The notes under the pieces: generated by a model | The model's database searches: none | What the model was told of the DNA's origin: nothing | What the model saw: only the letters and a program-made list of their open reading frames with translations | Made by a program: the position numbers and the translations under genes | From: an uncultured Verrucomicrobiae bacterium | Lineage (GTDB): Bacteria; Verrucomicrobiota; Verrucomicrobiia; Chthoniobacterales; SZAS-18 | Direction of reading: 5' to 3' | Length of the DNA stretch: 64,000 nucleotides | Assembly (NCBI GenBank): GCA_963762725.1 | Contig: CAVXLY010000005.1 | Location: 1,220,989 to 1,284,988 of the forward strand | In this document: piece after piece, positions 33,531 through 43,021 of the stretch | Position numbering within the stretch: the stretch's first letter is position 1 | How the letters are laid out: every line of letters starts with the position of its first letter

Positions 33531-35735
33531 ATGGAAACCGCCGCCACCCGCCAGGTCAAGACCGTCTGCCCCTACTGCGGGGTGGGCTGCGGCCTGATCC
33601 TGCGCGTGGAAGGCGGCCGCGTCGTCGGCGTGTCGGGCGACAAGTCGCATCCGGCAAATTTCGGCGCGCTTTGCACGAAAGGCAGCACCGTCCACGAAAC
33701 GCTGCACGTCCCCGGCCGCCTCAACTACGCGCAACGCCGGCGGGAGGGCGGCCGGTTCGGAGAATTCGAGCGCGTGCCGGTCGATTTCGCGCTCGACGCC
33801 GTGGCCGACGGCCTGCGGAAAATCATCGCGCAGCACGGCCCGGACGCCGTGGCGTTCTACGTGAGCGGGCAGCTCTCGACCGAGACGCAATACGTGGCCA
33901 ACAAGCTGGTCAAAGGCTTCCTTGGAACGAACAACATTGATTCCAATTCGCGCCTCTGCATGGCCAGCGCGGCGGCCGGTTACAAGTCCTCGCTCGGCGC
34001 CGATGCGCCGCCGGGGCACTACGAGGACTTCGAGCACACGGATCTGTTTTTCGTCATCGGCGCCAACCCGGCCGAGTGTCATCCGATCCTGCACCAGCGG
34101 CTGCGTCGCCGGATGAAAAGCGGCGGGGCGAAACTGCTCGTCGCCGACCCGCGCCGCACTGCCAGCGCAGCCGACGCCACGCTCCATCTGCCACTGCGGC
34201 CCGGCACCGATCTCGCGCTGCTCAACGGCCTGTTGCACCTGCTGCGCGCGGCGGGCCGCGTGGACGAAGATTTCATCGCGCGCCACACCGACGGCTGGCC
34301 GGCGTTGAGCGCTCTGCTTGACGATTTTCCGCCGGAACGCGTTTCCGCGCTTTGCGATCTGCGGATCGAAGACCTCCGGCACGCCGCGGCCCTGCTCGCC
34401 GAGGCGCCGGAATTTCTCACGCTCTGGACCCAGGGCATCTGCCAGAGCACGCGCGGCACCTGGAGCACAAACGCGATTTGCAATCTCCATCTCGCGCTCG
34501 GAAAGATCGGCCGGCCCGGCAGCGGTCCGTTTTCACTCACCGGCCAGCCGAACGCGATGGGCGGCCGCGAGGTCGGCTACATGAGCGGCGGCCTGCCCGG
34601 CCAGCGACATGTGAACGACGCCCGCGACCGCGCCGAAACCGAAGCGCTGTGGAGTCTGCCGGCGGGCGCGATCAACCCGACGCCGGGGCTGGCAGCGGTT
34701 GATTTGTTCAAGGCGCTGGAAAGCGGCGCGGTGAAGGCGCTCTGGGTCATCGGCTCGAATCCGCTCGCGACGATGCCGAACCGGGAGCGCGTCCGGCGTG
34801 GCTTGGAACGCGCCGAACTCGTCGTCGTGCAGGACGCGTATCATCCCACAGAAACGTCCCGCTACGCGCACGTGCTCCTGCCCGGCGCGCTCTGGGCGGA
34901 GGCCGACGGGACGATGGTGAATTCCAGCCGCATGGTCACGCTGGCGCCCCGCGCCGTGCCGCCGCCGGCGGACGCGCTGCCGGACTGGCAGCTCGTTTGC
35001 GAAGTCGCGCGCCGGCTCGGGTTTGGCGAGGCGTTTGCGTTTCGTTCCGCGGCGGAGATTTTTGCGGAAATCTCGCGTTCGCACAATCCGCGGACCGGCT
35101 ACGATCTGCGCGGGATGAGTCACGCGCGGCTGGCGGCAGACGGCGCGCTCACCTGGCCGCTGGCGCCGGAGCCCGGGGCCGCGGAAACGAAGCGGCGCTA
35201 TCTCGCGGACGAAGGCGCCGGCGCGGCGCTGCGTTTCCCGACGGCGAACGGCCGGGCGCAATTCCAGGCGCGCCCGTGGCTGCCGGACCCGAAGATGCCC
35301 GACGACGCGTTTCCATTCGTGCTCACCACCGGTCGGCTCGCGCACCAGTGGCATACTCGGACAAAAACGGGCAAGGTGCCGAGCCTCAACAAGCTGAACC
35401 CCGGCCCGTTTCTCGAGCTGCATCCCGCCGATGCCGCCGACCTCGGCGCGGCTGCCGGCGACCGGGTCCGCGTCGTCTCGCGCCGCGGCGCGGCCGAGCT
35501 GCCGGTGCGGTTGACGTCCGACATCCGCCGCGGCTGCTGCTGGGCGACGATGCACTGGGGCGAGCTCTTCGCGCCCGGTGTCGCGATCAACTCCGTCACC
35601 AGCGAAGCCGTGGATCCGGTGTCGCTCCAGCCCGAGCTGAAATTTTGCCCGGTGCGGCTCGAGCTTATCCGCCCGGCCCATTCCGAGCCGGCGGCACCCG
35701 CGGCGCGCTCGCCGTTTGCCGGCGCCACGCTTTAA
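33531..35735 (+). CDS. narB: assimilatory nitrate reductase, molybdopterin catalytic subunit
   Basis: N-terminal 4Fe-4S motif CPYCGVGCG...C. Molybdopterin oxidoreductase blocks throughout. 734 aa, no Tat signal, adjacent to nrt and nirA genes. Confidence 0.92.
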   Translation: METAATRQVKTVCPYCGVGCGLILRVEGGRVVGVSGDKSHPANFGALCTKGSTVHETLHVPGRLNYAQRRREGGRFGEFERVPVDFALDAVADGLRKIIAQHGPDAVAFYVSGQLSTETQYVANKLVKGFLGTNNIDSNSRLCMASAAAGYKSSLGADAPPGHYEDFEHTDLFFVIGANPAECHPILHQRLRRRMKSGGAKLLVADPRRTASAADATLHLPLRPGTDLALLNGLLHLLRAAGRVDEDFIARHTDGWPALSALLDDFPPERVSALCDLRIEDLRHAAALLAEAPEFLTLWTQGICQSTRGTWSTNAICNLHLALGKIGRPGSGPFSLTGQPNAMGGREVGYMSGGLPGQRHVNDARDRAETEALWSLPAGAINPTPGLAAVDLFKALESGAVKALWVIGSNPLATMPNRERVRRGLERAELVVVQDAYHPTETSRYAHVLLPGALWAEADGTMVNSSRMVTLAPRAVPPPADALPDWQLVCEVARRLGFGEAFAFRSAAEIFAEISRSHNPRTGYDLRGMSHARLAADGALTWPLAPEPGAAETKRRYLADEGAGAALRFPTANGRAQFQARPWLPDPKMPDDAFPFVLTTGRLAHQWHTRTKTGKVPSLNKLNPGPFLELHPADAADLGAAAGDRVRVVSRRGAAELPVRLTSDIRRGCCWATMHWGELFAPGVAINSVTSEAVDPVSLQPELKFCPVRLELIRPAHSEPAAPAARSPFAGATL

Positions 35736-35783
35736 CGCCGTTTTTCTTCACCTTTTCAACCTTCCCACCACCGCCGCGTCACC

Positions 35784-37651
35784 ATGCCGCAAACACTGAT
35801 TCCCTACATTCCCGAGACCGCGCCCTTCAGCGAAGAACAGCGCCAATGGCTCAACGGTTTTTTCGCCGGACTTTTCACCGGAGCGCCCACTGCCGGCGCG
35901 ACCGGCCCAGTCTCGGCCGCGGTGGAAAAGAAGCCGGTGCTCATCCTTTTCGGCAGCCAGACCGGCAACGCCGAAGGGCTGGCGAAAAAGCTCAAAACCG
36001 AAGCGGAAAAGCGCGGCACCTTTGCGCCAAAGCTGTCCGACCTGGCGCAGTTCGATGCGGTCGCGTTGCCGAAGGAGTCGCACCTCCTATTAGTGACGAG
36101 CACCTGGGGCGAAGGCGATCCGCCGGACAACGCCGCCGGGTTCTGGGATAAAATTTCCGCTGCTCGATTTTCCGCGCCTCGGCGGACTGACGTATTCCAT
36201 CCTCGCGCTCGGCGACCGCAACTACGAGGACTTCTGCGGCTGCGGCCGGAAGTTTGACGAACGCCTCACCGAACTCGGCGCGCGCCGACTCGTGCCGCGG
36301 CAGGATTGCGACACCGACTACGACGAGCCGGCGAAGGCGTGGATGCAGGCCGCGTTTGACGCGCTCGACAACGCTCGACCCGGCGACGGGTCATCATGAC
36401 GAGGGAGCGCACATGGACCCCGGCGCCGCCGAGCTGGCCGCGGCCGGCCAGGCCATGCGCAGCGACTCGCACGTCGCCTCGACGCCGCCAATCGGGCTGG
36501 GCGCCGTGACGCTCCCGGCGCCGGCGTATTCCCGCACGAACCTGTTTCCCGCCCGGCTGCTCGTCAACCGCCGGCTGACCGCGCCGGATTCCGCAAAGGA
36601 CACCCGGCATTACGAAATCTGCCTGAGCGGCAGCGGCCTGCACTACGAAGTCGGAGACGCGCTCGGGCTGCTGCCGACGAATTCGCCTGAACTGGTCGAT
36701 GAAATCCTGAAAGCGCTCGGCTTTGACGGCGAGGAGGAAGTCACCGGCTCGGACGGCGTGAAGAAACCGATCCGGCTGGCGTTGCTGCGCGACTACGCGA
36801 TCCGCTCGCCGCACAAGGAATTTCTCGACGCCCTAGCCGCGCGCGACCACGCGGACGCGTTTCTGAAAGACCTCATCAATCCGAAAATCCGGACCGAGCT
36901 GGACAAATATCTGTTCGGCCGCGAGATCATCGATTTTCTGCTGGACTCGCCCAAGCTCGGGTTTCAGCCGGAAGAGTTCGTCAAGCTGCTGCGCAAGCTC
37001 CAGCCGCGCCTCTACTCCATCGCGTCGAGCCTGAAGGCGCACCCCGAGCAGGTGCATCTCTGCGTGGACACCCTGCGCTACGAGGCGCACGGGCGGAAGC
37101 GCGCGGGCGTTTCGAGCGTGTTTCTCGCGGAGCGAGCCGTGGCCGATACGCCGGTGCCGGTGTTCGTCCAGCAGGCCAAGCATTTCCGGCCGCCCGAGGA
37201 CATGAGCCGGCCGATGATCATGGTCGGGCCGGGCACCGGCATCGCGCCGTTCCGGGCGTTTTTGCAGGAACGGCAGGCGACCGGCGCGCCGGGCAAAAAC
37301 TGGCTCTTTTTCGGCGCGCAAACCCAGGCCAGCGACTTCTTTTACCGGGACGAGCTGGAGGCGCTGCAAAAGGCCGGCGTGCTGACCCACCTGAGTCTCG
37401 CCTTTTCGCGGGATCAGGCGGAGAAAATCTACGTGCAGACCCGGATGCTGGAAGCCGGCCCGGAACTCTGGGCCTGGCTGGAGGAAGGGGCGCACTTTTA
37501 CGTCTGCGGCGACGCCTCGCGCATGGCGAAGGACGTGGACCTCGCGCTGCACCGGATCATCGCCGAAGCCGGCGGCCGGGGCGAGGAAGGCGCAAAGGAA
37601 TACGTCGCCAGATTGAAGAAGGATAAACGCTACCAGCGCGACGTGTATTGA
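35784..37651 (+). pseudogene. CysJ-like NADPH-dependent diflavin reductase (flavodoxin + FAD/NADPH domains; two +1 frame changes as sequenced)
   Basis: Flavodoxin part VLILFGSQTGNAEGLAKKL...LLLVTSTWGEGDPPDNA. Removing one A of AAAA 36150-36153 gives [35 protein letters not shown]. A second slip near CCC at about 36377 joins to the FNR-like part (RLYSIASS, MVGPGTGIAPFRAF, FYVCGD). Length is 1868 nt, which is 3n+2. Confidence 0.8.
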
Positions 37652-37712
37652 CGGCCGGACGCAGGATTTCGCACCCAGACCCGACGGACGAAAACAGAAG
37701 AACAGGACCCCG

Positions 37713-39563
37713 ATGGCGATGACGATTTTCAACGGCAACAACGGCAGCAACGGCGCGTCGGCGGGCACGCTCGACTCCGGCGCGAACGCCAGCTTTTCGC
37801 CGGCGCAAAAGGAGTATCTCGCCGGGTTCATGTCCGGCATCGCGCAGCGCGGCTTCGTGCCGTTCGTCGGCCACACGACGGACGGCCGGCTCACCGGCGA
37901 TCCGGCCGCCGGCGGCGAGAACCTCGCGGCGCCGCCGGACGCCGCGGAAGCCGCGGAGGAAACGGTTTACGGCACGCCGATTTCCGAGCTTTGCAAACAG
38001 GAACTCTGGAAGCTGGAGCGCCACGGGCTCGACATCTGGGAGCGGCTCATCGCCCACGCGGAAAACGACCAGTTGCCGGACGAAAAGGACACGTTTTACT
38101 TCCGCTACCACGGCCTGTTTTACGTCGGGCCGACGCAGGAGTCGCTCATGCTCCGCTGCCGCATCCCGGCGGGCGAGCTGACCGCGGGGCAGCTCGATGG
38201 CCTCGCCGATCTGGCCGAGAAATGGGGCGGCGGCTACGGCGACCTCACCACGCGCGCGAACTTCCAGGTGCGCGAGATCGCGCCGAAGAACCTGCTGAAA
38301 GTCCTGATGCACCTGCAGGAGATCGGGCTGACCTCGCAGGGCACCGGCGTGGACAACATCCGCAACATCACCGCCACGCCGACCGCCGGCCTCGACCGGG
38401 AGGAGATCTTCGACTGCCGGCCGCTGGCGAAGGCGACGCAGCATTTCATCGTCAACAACCGCGACATGTTCGGGTTGCCGCGCAAGTTCAACATCGCCTT
38501 CGACGGCGGCGGCGCGATCTCCGCGGCGGCGGACACGAACGACATCGGCTTCTTCGCCGTGCGGGTGCCGGAGGGGAACGCTGCGGGCGTGCCGGCGGAC
38601 GTTTATTTCCGCCTGCAACTCGCTGGCATCACCGGGCACCAGCAGTTTGCCAAGGACGCCGGCGTCCTCATCCGGCCGGAGGATTGCGTCGCCGTCGCGG
38701 CCGCGATCGTGCGGGTGTTCAACGAAACCGGCAACCGCACGAACCGCAAAAAGGCGCGGCTGAAATACGTCATCGACCGGCTCGGGCTTGACCCGTTCAT
38801 GGCTCTGGTGGAAACGAAGCTGGCGTTCCCGCTCGCTCGCCTGCCGGAGAGCGCCTGCGAGCCGCGGCCACGCACGATCGCGCACGGTCACCTCGGCGCC
38901 TACAAGCAGCGCCAGTCGGGGCTGAATTACGTCGGCGTCGTCATCCCGGTCGGCCGGATGAGCGTGAAGCAAATGCGGCGCGTCGCCGAGCTTTCGCGCC
39001 ACTACGGCAGCGGCGAGGTGCGGCTCACGGTCTGGCAGAATCTCATCATTCCGAACGTGCCCGATGGCTTCGTGGAGACGGTGAAAAAGAACGTCATCAA
39101 GATGGGCTTTCACCACCAGGCCAGCGCGATTTCCGGCGGATTGGTCGCCTGCACCGGCGCGCAGGGCTGCAAGTGGGCGGCGTCGAAGACAAAGCTGCAC
39201 GCCGTCGAGCTCGCGCGTTATCTGGAGAAAAAATTCACGCTCGATCTGCCGCTCAACATTCATCTCACCGGCTGCCCGAACTCGTGCGCGCAGCATTATA
39301 TGGGCGACATCGGCCTGCTCGGCACCAAGGTCGGGCCGGACAAGGAGGAGGGCTACCACGTCTTCGTCGGCGGCGGCTTCGGCGACGATCAGGCGGTGGC
39401 GCGCGAGGTGTTTCGCGGCGTCTCGTTTCCGATGCTGAAACCGACCGTGGAAAAAATGCTGGGCGGCTACCTGCGGCATCGGCAGGAAAAGGAAACATTC
39501 AGCGCGTTTACCCGCCGGCTCGATCTCAACACGCTGCAGGCCATCTTCAGTAACGACGAGTGA
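37713..39563 (+). CDS. nirA: ferredoxin-type nitrite (sulfite) reductase hemoprotein
   Basis: Two NIR/SIR ferredoxin-like half-domains plus the siroheme/4Fe-4S cysteine cluster CTGAQGC...C(PNS)C (VACTGAQGCKWA ... LTGCPNSCAQHY). 616 aa. Confidence 0.9.
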   Translation: MAMTIFNGNNGSNGASAGTLDSGANASFSPAQKEYLAGFMSGIAQRGFVPFVGHTTDGRLTGDPAAGGENLAAPPDAAEAAEETVYGTPISELCKQELWKLERHGLDIWERLIAHAENDQLPDEKDTFYFRYHGLFYVGPTQESLMLRCRIPAGELTAGQLDGLADLAEKWGGGYGDLTTRANFQVREIAPKNLLKVLMHLQEIGLTSQGTGVDNIRNITATPTAGLDREEIFDCRPLAKATQHFIVNNRDMFGLPRKFNIAFDGGGAISAAADTNDIGFFAVRVPEGNAAGVPADVYFRLQLAGITGHQQFAKDAGVLIRPEDCVAVAAAIVRVFNETGNRTNRKKARLKYVIDRLGLDPFMALVETKLAFPLARLPESACEPRPRTIAHGHLGAYKQRQSGLNYVGVVIPVGRMSVKQMRRVAELSRHYGSGEVRLTVWQNLIIPNVPDGFVETVKKNVIKMGFHHQASAISGGLVACTGAQGCKWAASKTKLHAVELARYLEKKFTLDLPLNIHLTGCPNSCAQHYMGDIGLLGTKVGPDKEEGYHVFVGGGFGDDQAVAREVFRGVSFPMLKPTVEKMLGGYLRHRQEKETFSAFTRRLDLNTLQAIFSNDE

Positions 39564-39687
39564 ATGTGTGGTGCCACGCCCCGGATAAGCGGCAGGATTT
39601 TCGCTTAAGGTTCGCGACGATTCCGTGGCGCCCTGCGTTTCCGCGCGCGGCAGATCGGAAGGATCGCGGCGGAACCGCGCAGTGCGG

Positions 39688-41088
39688 ATGATGAACCCGG
39701 TCCCGCAGCGTTTTCTCGACGGCTTTCACGCCGGGCAAAAGGCGCGCGCCCTCGATCACCGGGCGCCGGCCGACGGCAGCGGCAGCGGCAGTGCGGCGAA
39801 TGGTGCGGACAGCACAGCGGCGGATGCCACCGTCGGTCACGACGAGCGCGGAACTCACCCGCTCGCAGCCTTTCCGCGTCTGCTCGAAGGCGCGGCCGCG
39901 GATCGCCCGCCCGCCGCCGCGGATGCCCGGCTCTGGGAATGGTTTGGCGTCTTCGATCTCGCGACGGACGAGGGCCGGGATGGCTGCGCGGTGCGGGTGC
40001 GGCTCCCCGCAGGGCGGCTGCGGTCATTTCAACTGCGGGAGCTGGCCGCCTTGACGCAGGAAGCCGCAAGCGGCTGCGTGGGCCTGGCGCCGGGTGGCGG
40101 GTTGGAGCTGCGCGTAGTGCCGTGGCGCGACGCGCCTGGACTCCTGCGCCGGCTGCGCGCGGCCGGGTTGGAAACTCTCGGCGCGGGCGGCAGCACGCTG
40201 CGGCCGCTGGCAATCAGCCCGGCGGCCGGACTCGATCTGGGGGAAATTTTCGATACGACGGACGTGGCGTGGCAGTTGGAGCAATTGGTCGCCACCGGCG
40301 CCGACCGCGATTTGCTCAACCTGCCGCACCCGTTGCGCATCGCGCTGGATGGAGGCGGGGATGGTTTGTTCCCGCCCGCCGCTGGCTTCGGGACGGCGGA
40401 GATTGATGCGTGCCTGCGTGCCGTGCGACCTGCCGGGAGCGGCCCAGCGTCTCTTCCAGTGAGCGGCGTGCGGCTGGAGGTGCGGCTCGCAGGTGCCAGC
40501 CGCGGCGGCGCCGGCGATGACGCGCCGGGTGTTCTCATCGACCCGGCCCAGGCGGTCCGCTTTTGCGTCGCGCTCGCGCGGACGTTTCGGCGGCTGGGTC
40601 AAGGCGGCGCTGGGTTTTCCACCCTCGTCGCCACGCAGGGTGCCAACGCGATCCTTGCGCATCTGGAAACCGAAGACCCCGATCTCCGTTTGCACCGGAC
40701 GGAGCGGCGGCGGAGCGCCGAAACGCCGCCTGCCGTCGCGGATGCGGCAGCAGCGAGGACGATGGCGACGACGACGGTTCTGGTGGTCGAGGATTTTCCC
40801 ATGCGCGATCGCCCGGAGCATTGCGTGCTTCTCGCCGGAACGTCGGAGCACCGGCTGTTGACGAGTCAGTTGCTGGCGCTGGCCGCGCTCAGCGAAACAC
40901 ATGCTGACGGCGAATTGCGCCTCGCGCCCGCAGATGCCGGCCTCCTCCTGCTGCTGCCCGGTGTCGCGAAAAACCGGGCTGACGCCGCGCGGGCGGCGCT
41001 GGCTGCGACGGGCCTCGTTCCGTCCGGCGCGGCGACCTCGCGCCGCTTGCCGGACGCGCCGGTTTCGGCGACGTTTGCGCCCGCCTGA
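39688..41088 (+). CDS. NirA-like paralog lacking the siroheme/Fe-S cysteine cluster (truncated, degenerate)
   Basis: ATG-ATG at 39688. By eye it aligns block by block with nirA: VRVRLPAGRLRSFQLRELAAL with LRCRIPAGELTAGQLDGLADL; LAISPAAGLDLGEIFD with ITATPTAGLDREEIFD; LRIALDGGG with FNIAFDGGG; GELRLAPADAGLLLLLPGV with GEVRLTVWQNLIIPNVPDG. It ends where the NirA Cys-cluster segment would begin. It contains only scattered single Cys and is very Ala/Arg/Gly-rich. Confidence 0.6.
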   Translation: MMNPVPQRFLDGFHAGQKARALDHRAPADGSGSGSAANGADSTAADATVGHDERGTHPLAAFPRLLEGAAADRPPAAADARLWEWFGVFDLATDEGRDGCAVRVRLPAGRLRSFQLRELAALTQEAASGCVGLAPGGGLELRVVPWRDAPGLLRRLRAAGLETLGAGGSTLRPLAISPAAGLDLGEIFDTTDVAWQLEQLVATGADRDLLNLPHPLRIALDGGGDGLFPPAAGFGTAEIDACLRAVRPAGSGPASLPVSGVRLEVRLAGASRGGAGDDAPGVLIDPAQAVRFCVALARTFRRLGQGGAGFSTLVATQGANAILAHLETEDPDLRLHRTERRRSAETPPAVADAAAARTMATTTVLVVEDFPMRDRPEHCVLLAGTSEHRLLTSQLLALAALSETHADGELRLAPADAGLLLLLPGVAKNRADAARAALAATGLVPSGAATSRRLPDAPVSATFAPA

Positions 41089-41108
41089 ATCCTTCGGGCG
41101 CCCGCGGC

Positions 41109-41816
41109 ATGCAAGCCACCGACTGGATCATCATCGACACCGAAACCGACGGCTGCCGCTGGCCGATCCACGTCGTCGAAATCTGCGCCCAGCGGATGCG
41201 CGGCTGGGAGCCGTGGGGCGAGCCGTTTCGCGTCTGGCTGAACCACGACGTGCCGATCCCGCGCGAGGTCGTGGCGATCCACGGCTACGACCGCGCGTTC
41301 CTGCGCCGGCACGGCATTGACCCGCACGAGGCGCACCGCGCGCTCTGCGCCTACACCGGCGGCCTGCCGTTTGTCGCGCACAACCTCGCCTTCGACTGGG
41401 ACCGCGTGCTGGTGCCGGAGTGGACGCGGCTGGGGCTGCTCGACATGGCGGCGTTCGATTTTCAGCTCGCCGCCGAAGTGCCGCCGCTCACCGCGGCAAA
41501 CGCGTTTGGCCGGCGCGGCTTTTGCAGCGTCGCGCTCGCCCGCCGTGTGCTCGGCAAGGAGGAGGTGCCGGGCCACGGGCTGCAAAAACTTCGCGCCCAC
41601 TTCGGGCTCAACGCCACCGGCGCCAGCCATCAGGCGCTCGGCGACGTGCAGACCACCGTGGAGCTGATCTGCCACGTGCTCGCGCCCCGGCTGCGCGGCG
41701 TCGGGCTGGACGATTTCGATGCGATCGCCGCCTTCACCCGCCGCACACCGGTGGCGTCGTGCGTGGGAATGTTTTTGCGCAACGTGGAACGCGCCGTTGT
41801 AGAAGCGGCTCTGTGA
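41109..41816 (+). CDS. DnaQ-like DEDDh 3'-5' exonuclease
   Basis: Exo I IIIDTETDG, Exo II FVAHNLAFDWDRV, Exo III HQALGDVQTT. Starts 20 nt after the NirA-like gene. Confidence 0.8.
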   Translation: MQATDWIIIDTETDGCRWPIHVVEICAQRMRGWEPWGEPFRVWLNHDVPIPREVVAIHGYDRAFLRRHGIDPHEAHRALCAYTGGLPFVAHNLAFDWDRVLVPEWTRLGLLDMAAFDFQLAAEVPPLTAANAFGRRGFCSVALARRVLGKEEVPGHGLQKLRAHFGLNATGASHQALGDVQTTVELICHVLAPRLRGVGLDDFDAIAAFTRRTPVASCVGMFLRNVERAVVEAAL

Positions 41817-41860
41817 GCCGCAATGCGTGCGGCGTCGTTCTGCGACTCACCGAGCCGCCG

Positions 41861-42913
41861 CTACAACTTCGCGGCGGCGCGCAAGAGCGCCTCCGTTTCC
41901 TCCCAGCCGATGCAGGCATCGGTGATGGAAACGCCATACGTCAGCGGCGGCTGACCGGCGGCCGGCATCGCCTGCGCGCCCCCGGCCAGATAGCTCTCCA
42001 GCATCACGCCGATGATCGGGCTGGGCGCTTCCGGCGGGCTGGCGCGGCGCTGGTCGAGCACGCTGTGCCAGACAAGTTCCTGCTGGGTGTGTTTCTTGGC
42101 GCTGTTGGCGTGGGAACAATCGACCATGAGCACCGGCGGCAGGCCGGCGGACTGGAGGTCGCGCGCGGCGGCGGCGATGCTCTGGGGATCGAAGTTCGGC
42201 CGGGCCCGGCCGCCGCGCAGGACGAGGTGCGCCATGGCGTTGCCGGTGGTGTGGACGACGGCCGTGCGCCCTTGTTGATCGATGCCGAGAAACGAATGCG
42301 GGGCGCGCGCTGCGCCCATGGCGTCGATGGCGGTCTGGCAGTCGCCGTCCGTGCCGTTTTTGAAACCGACCGGCATGGACAGCCCGCTGGACATCTCGCG
42401 GTGCGTCTGGCTTTCCGTGGTGCGCGCGCCGATGGCCGCCCAGCTCACGAGTTCGGCGATGTATTGCGGCACGATGGGATCGAGGAATTCCGTGGCGGCC
42501 GGCAGACCCAGCGCGTTGATGTCGAGCAGGAGCTTGCGGGCGAGCGAGAGGCCGGCGCCCATGTTATGCGAGCCGTCGAGAAACGGATCGTTGATGAGCC
42601 CTTTCCAGCCGACCGTGGTGCGCGGTTTTGCAAAGTAAACGCGCATCTGGATCTCAAGGTGCTCGCGCAGTTCGACGCGCAGCGCGGCCAGGCGGCAGGC
42701 ATATTCGAGCGCGCCGGCCGGGTCGTGGATCGAGCAGGGGCCGACGACCGCGAGCAGACGGTGGTCGCGCTGGGCGAGGATGCCTTCGACGGCGGCGCGG
42801 CCGAGGCGCACGGTTTCGGCGGCAGCAGCGGTGAGGGGCAGCTCGGCCTTGAGCGCCTCAGGCGCGACAAGGCGCGTGGTCGAACGGATGCGCAGGTCTT
42901 GGAGCGGAATCAT
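41861..42913 (-). CDS. aroG: 3-deoxy-7-phosphoheptulonate (DAHP) synthase, class I
   Basis: 350 aa. Conserved blocks [61 protein letters not shown] and [10 protein letters not shown]. Confidence 0.93.
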   Translation of the reverse strand: MIPLQDLRIRSTTRLVAPEALKAELPLTAAAAETVRLGRAAVEGILAQRDHRLLAVVGPCSIHDPAGALEYACRLAALRVELREHLEIQMRVYFAKPRTTVGWKGLINDPFLDGSHNMGAGLSLARKLLLDINALGLPAATEFLDPIVPQYIAELVSWAAIGARTTESQTHREMSSGLSMPVGFKNGTDGDCQTAIDAMGAARAPHSFLGIDQQGRTAVVHTTGNAMAHLVLRGGRARPNFDPQSIAAAARDLQSAGLPPVLMVDCSHANSAKKHTQQELVWHSVLDQRRASPPEAPSPIIGVMLESYLAGGAQAMPAAGQPPLTYGVSITDACIGWEETEALLRAAAKL

Positions 42914-43021
42914 GGCGGAATGCGGGTTGGCACTGTAGCGCAGAAGCGGGCCGGCTCAAACGGGGTGTCTGGGTTTGCGGGGTTTAGGCAGGGCGGTCTT
43001 CTGATGCTGGGGAGAGCGTTG

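Noticed and set aside
37557-39479. 640-aa minus-strand ORF. The same reasoning applies to 32619..34490, 11377..13104, 15151..16980, 43282..45030, 59847..61184, 6497..7933, 41420..43105 and 24307..25968.
   Set aside because: All are antisense to, or out of frame with, genes that have strong family signatures. All have biased Arg/Ala/Gly/Pro/His composition.
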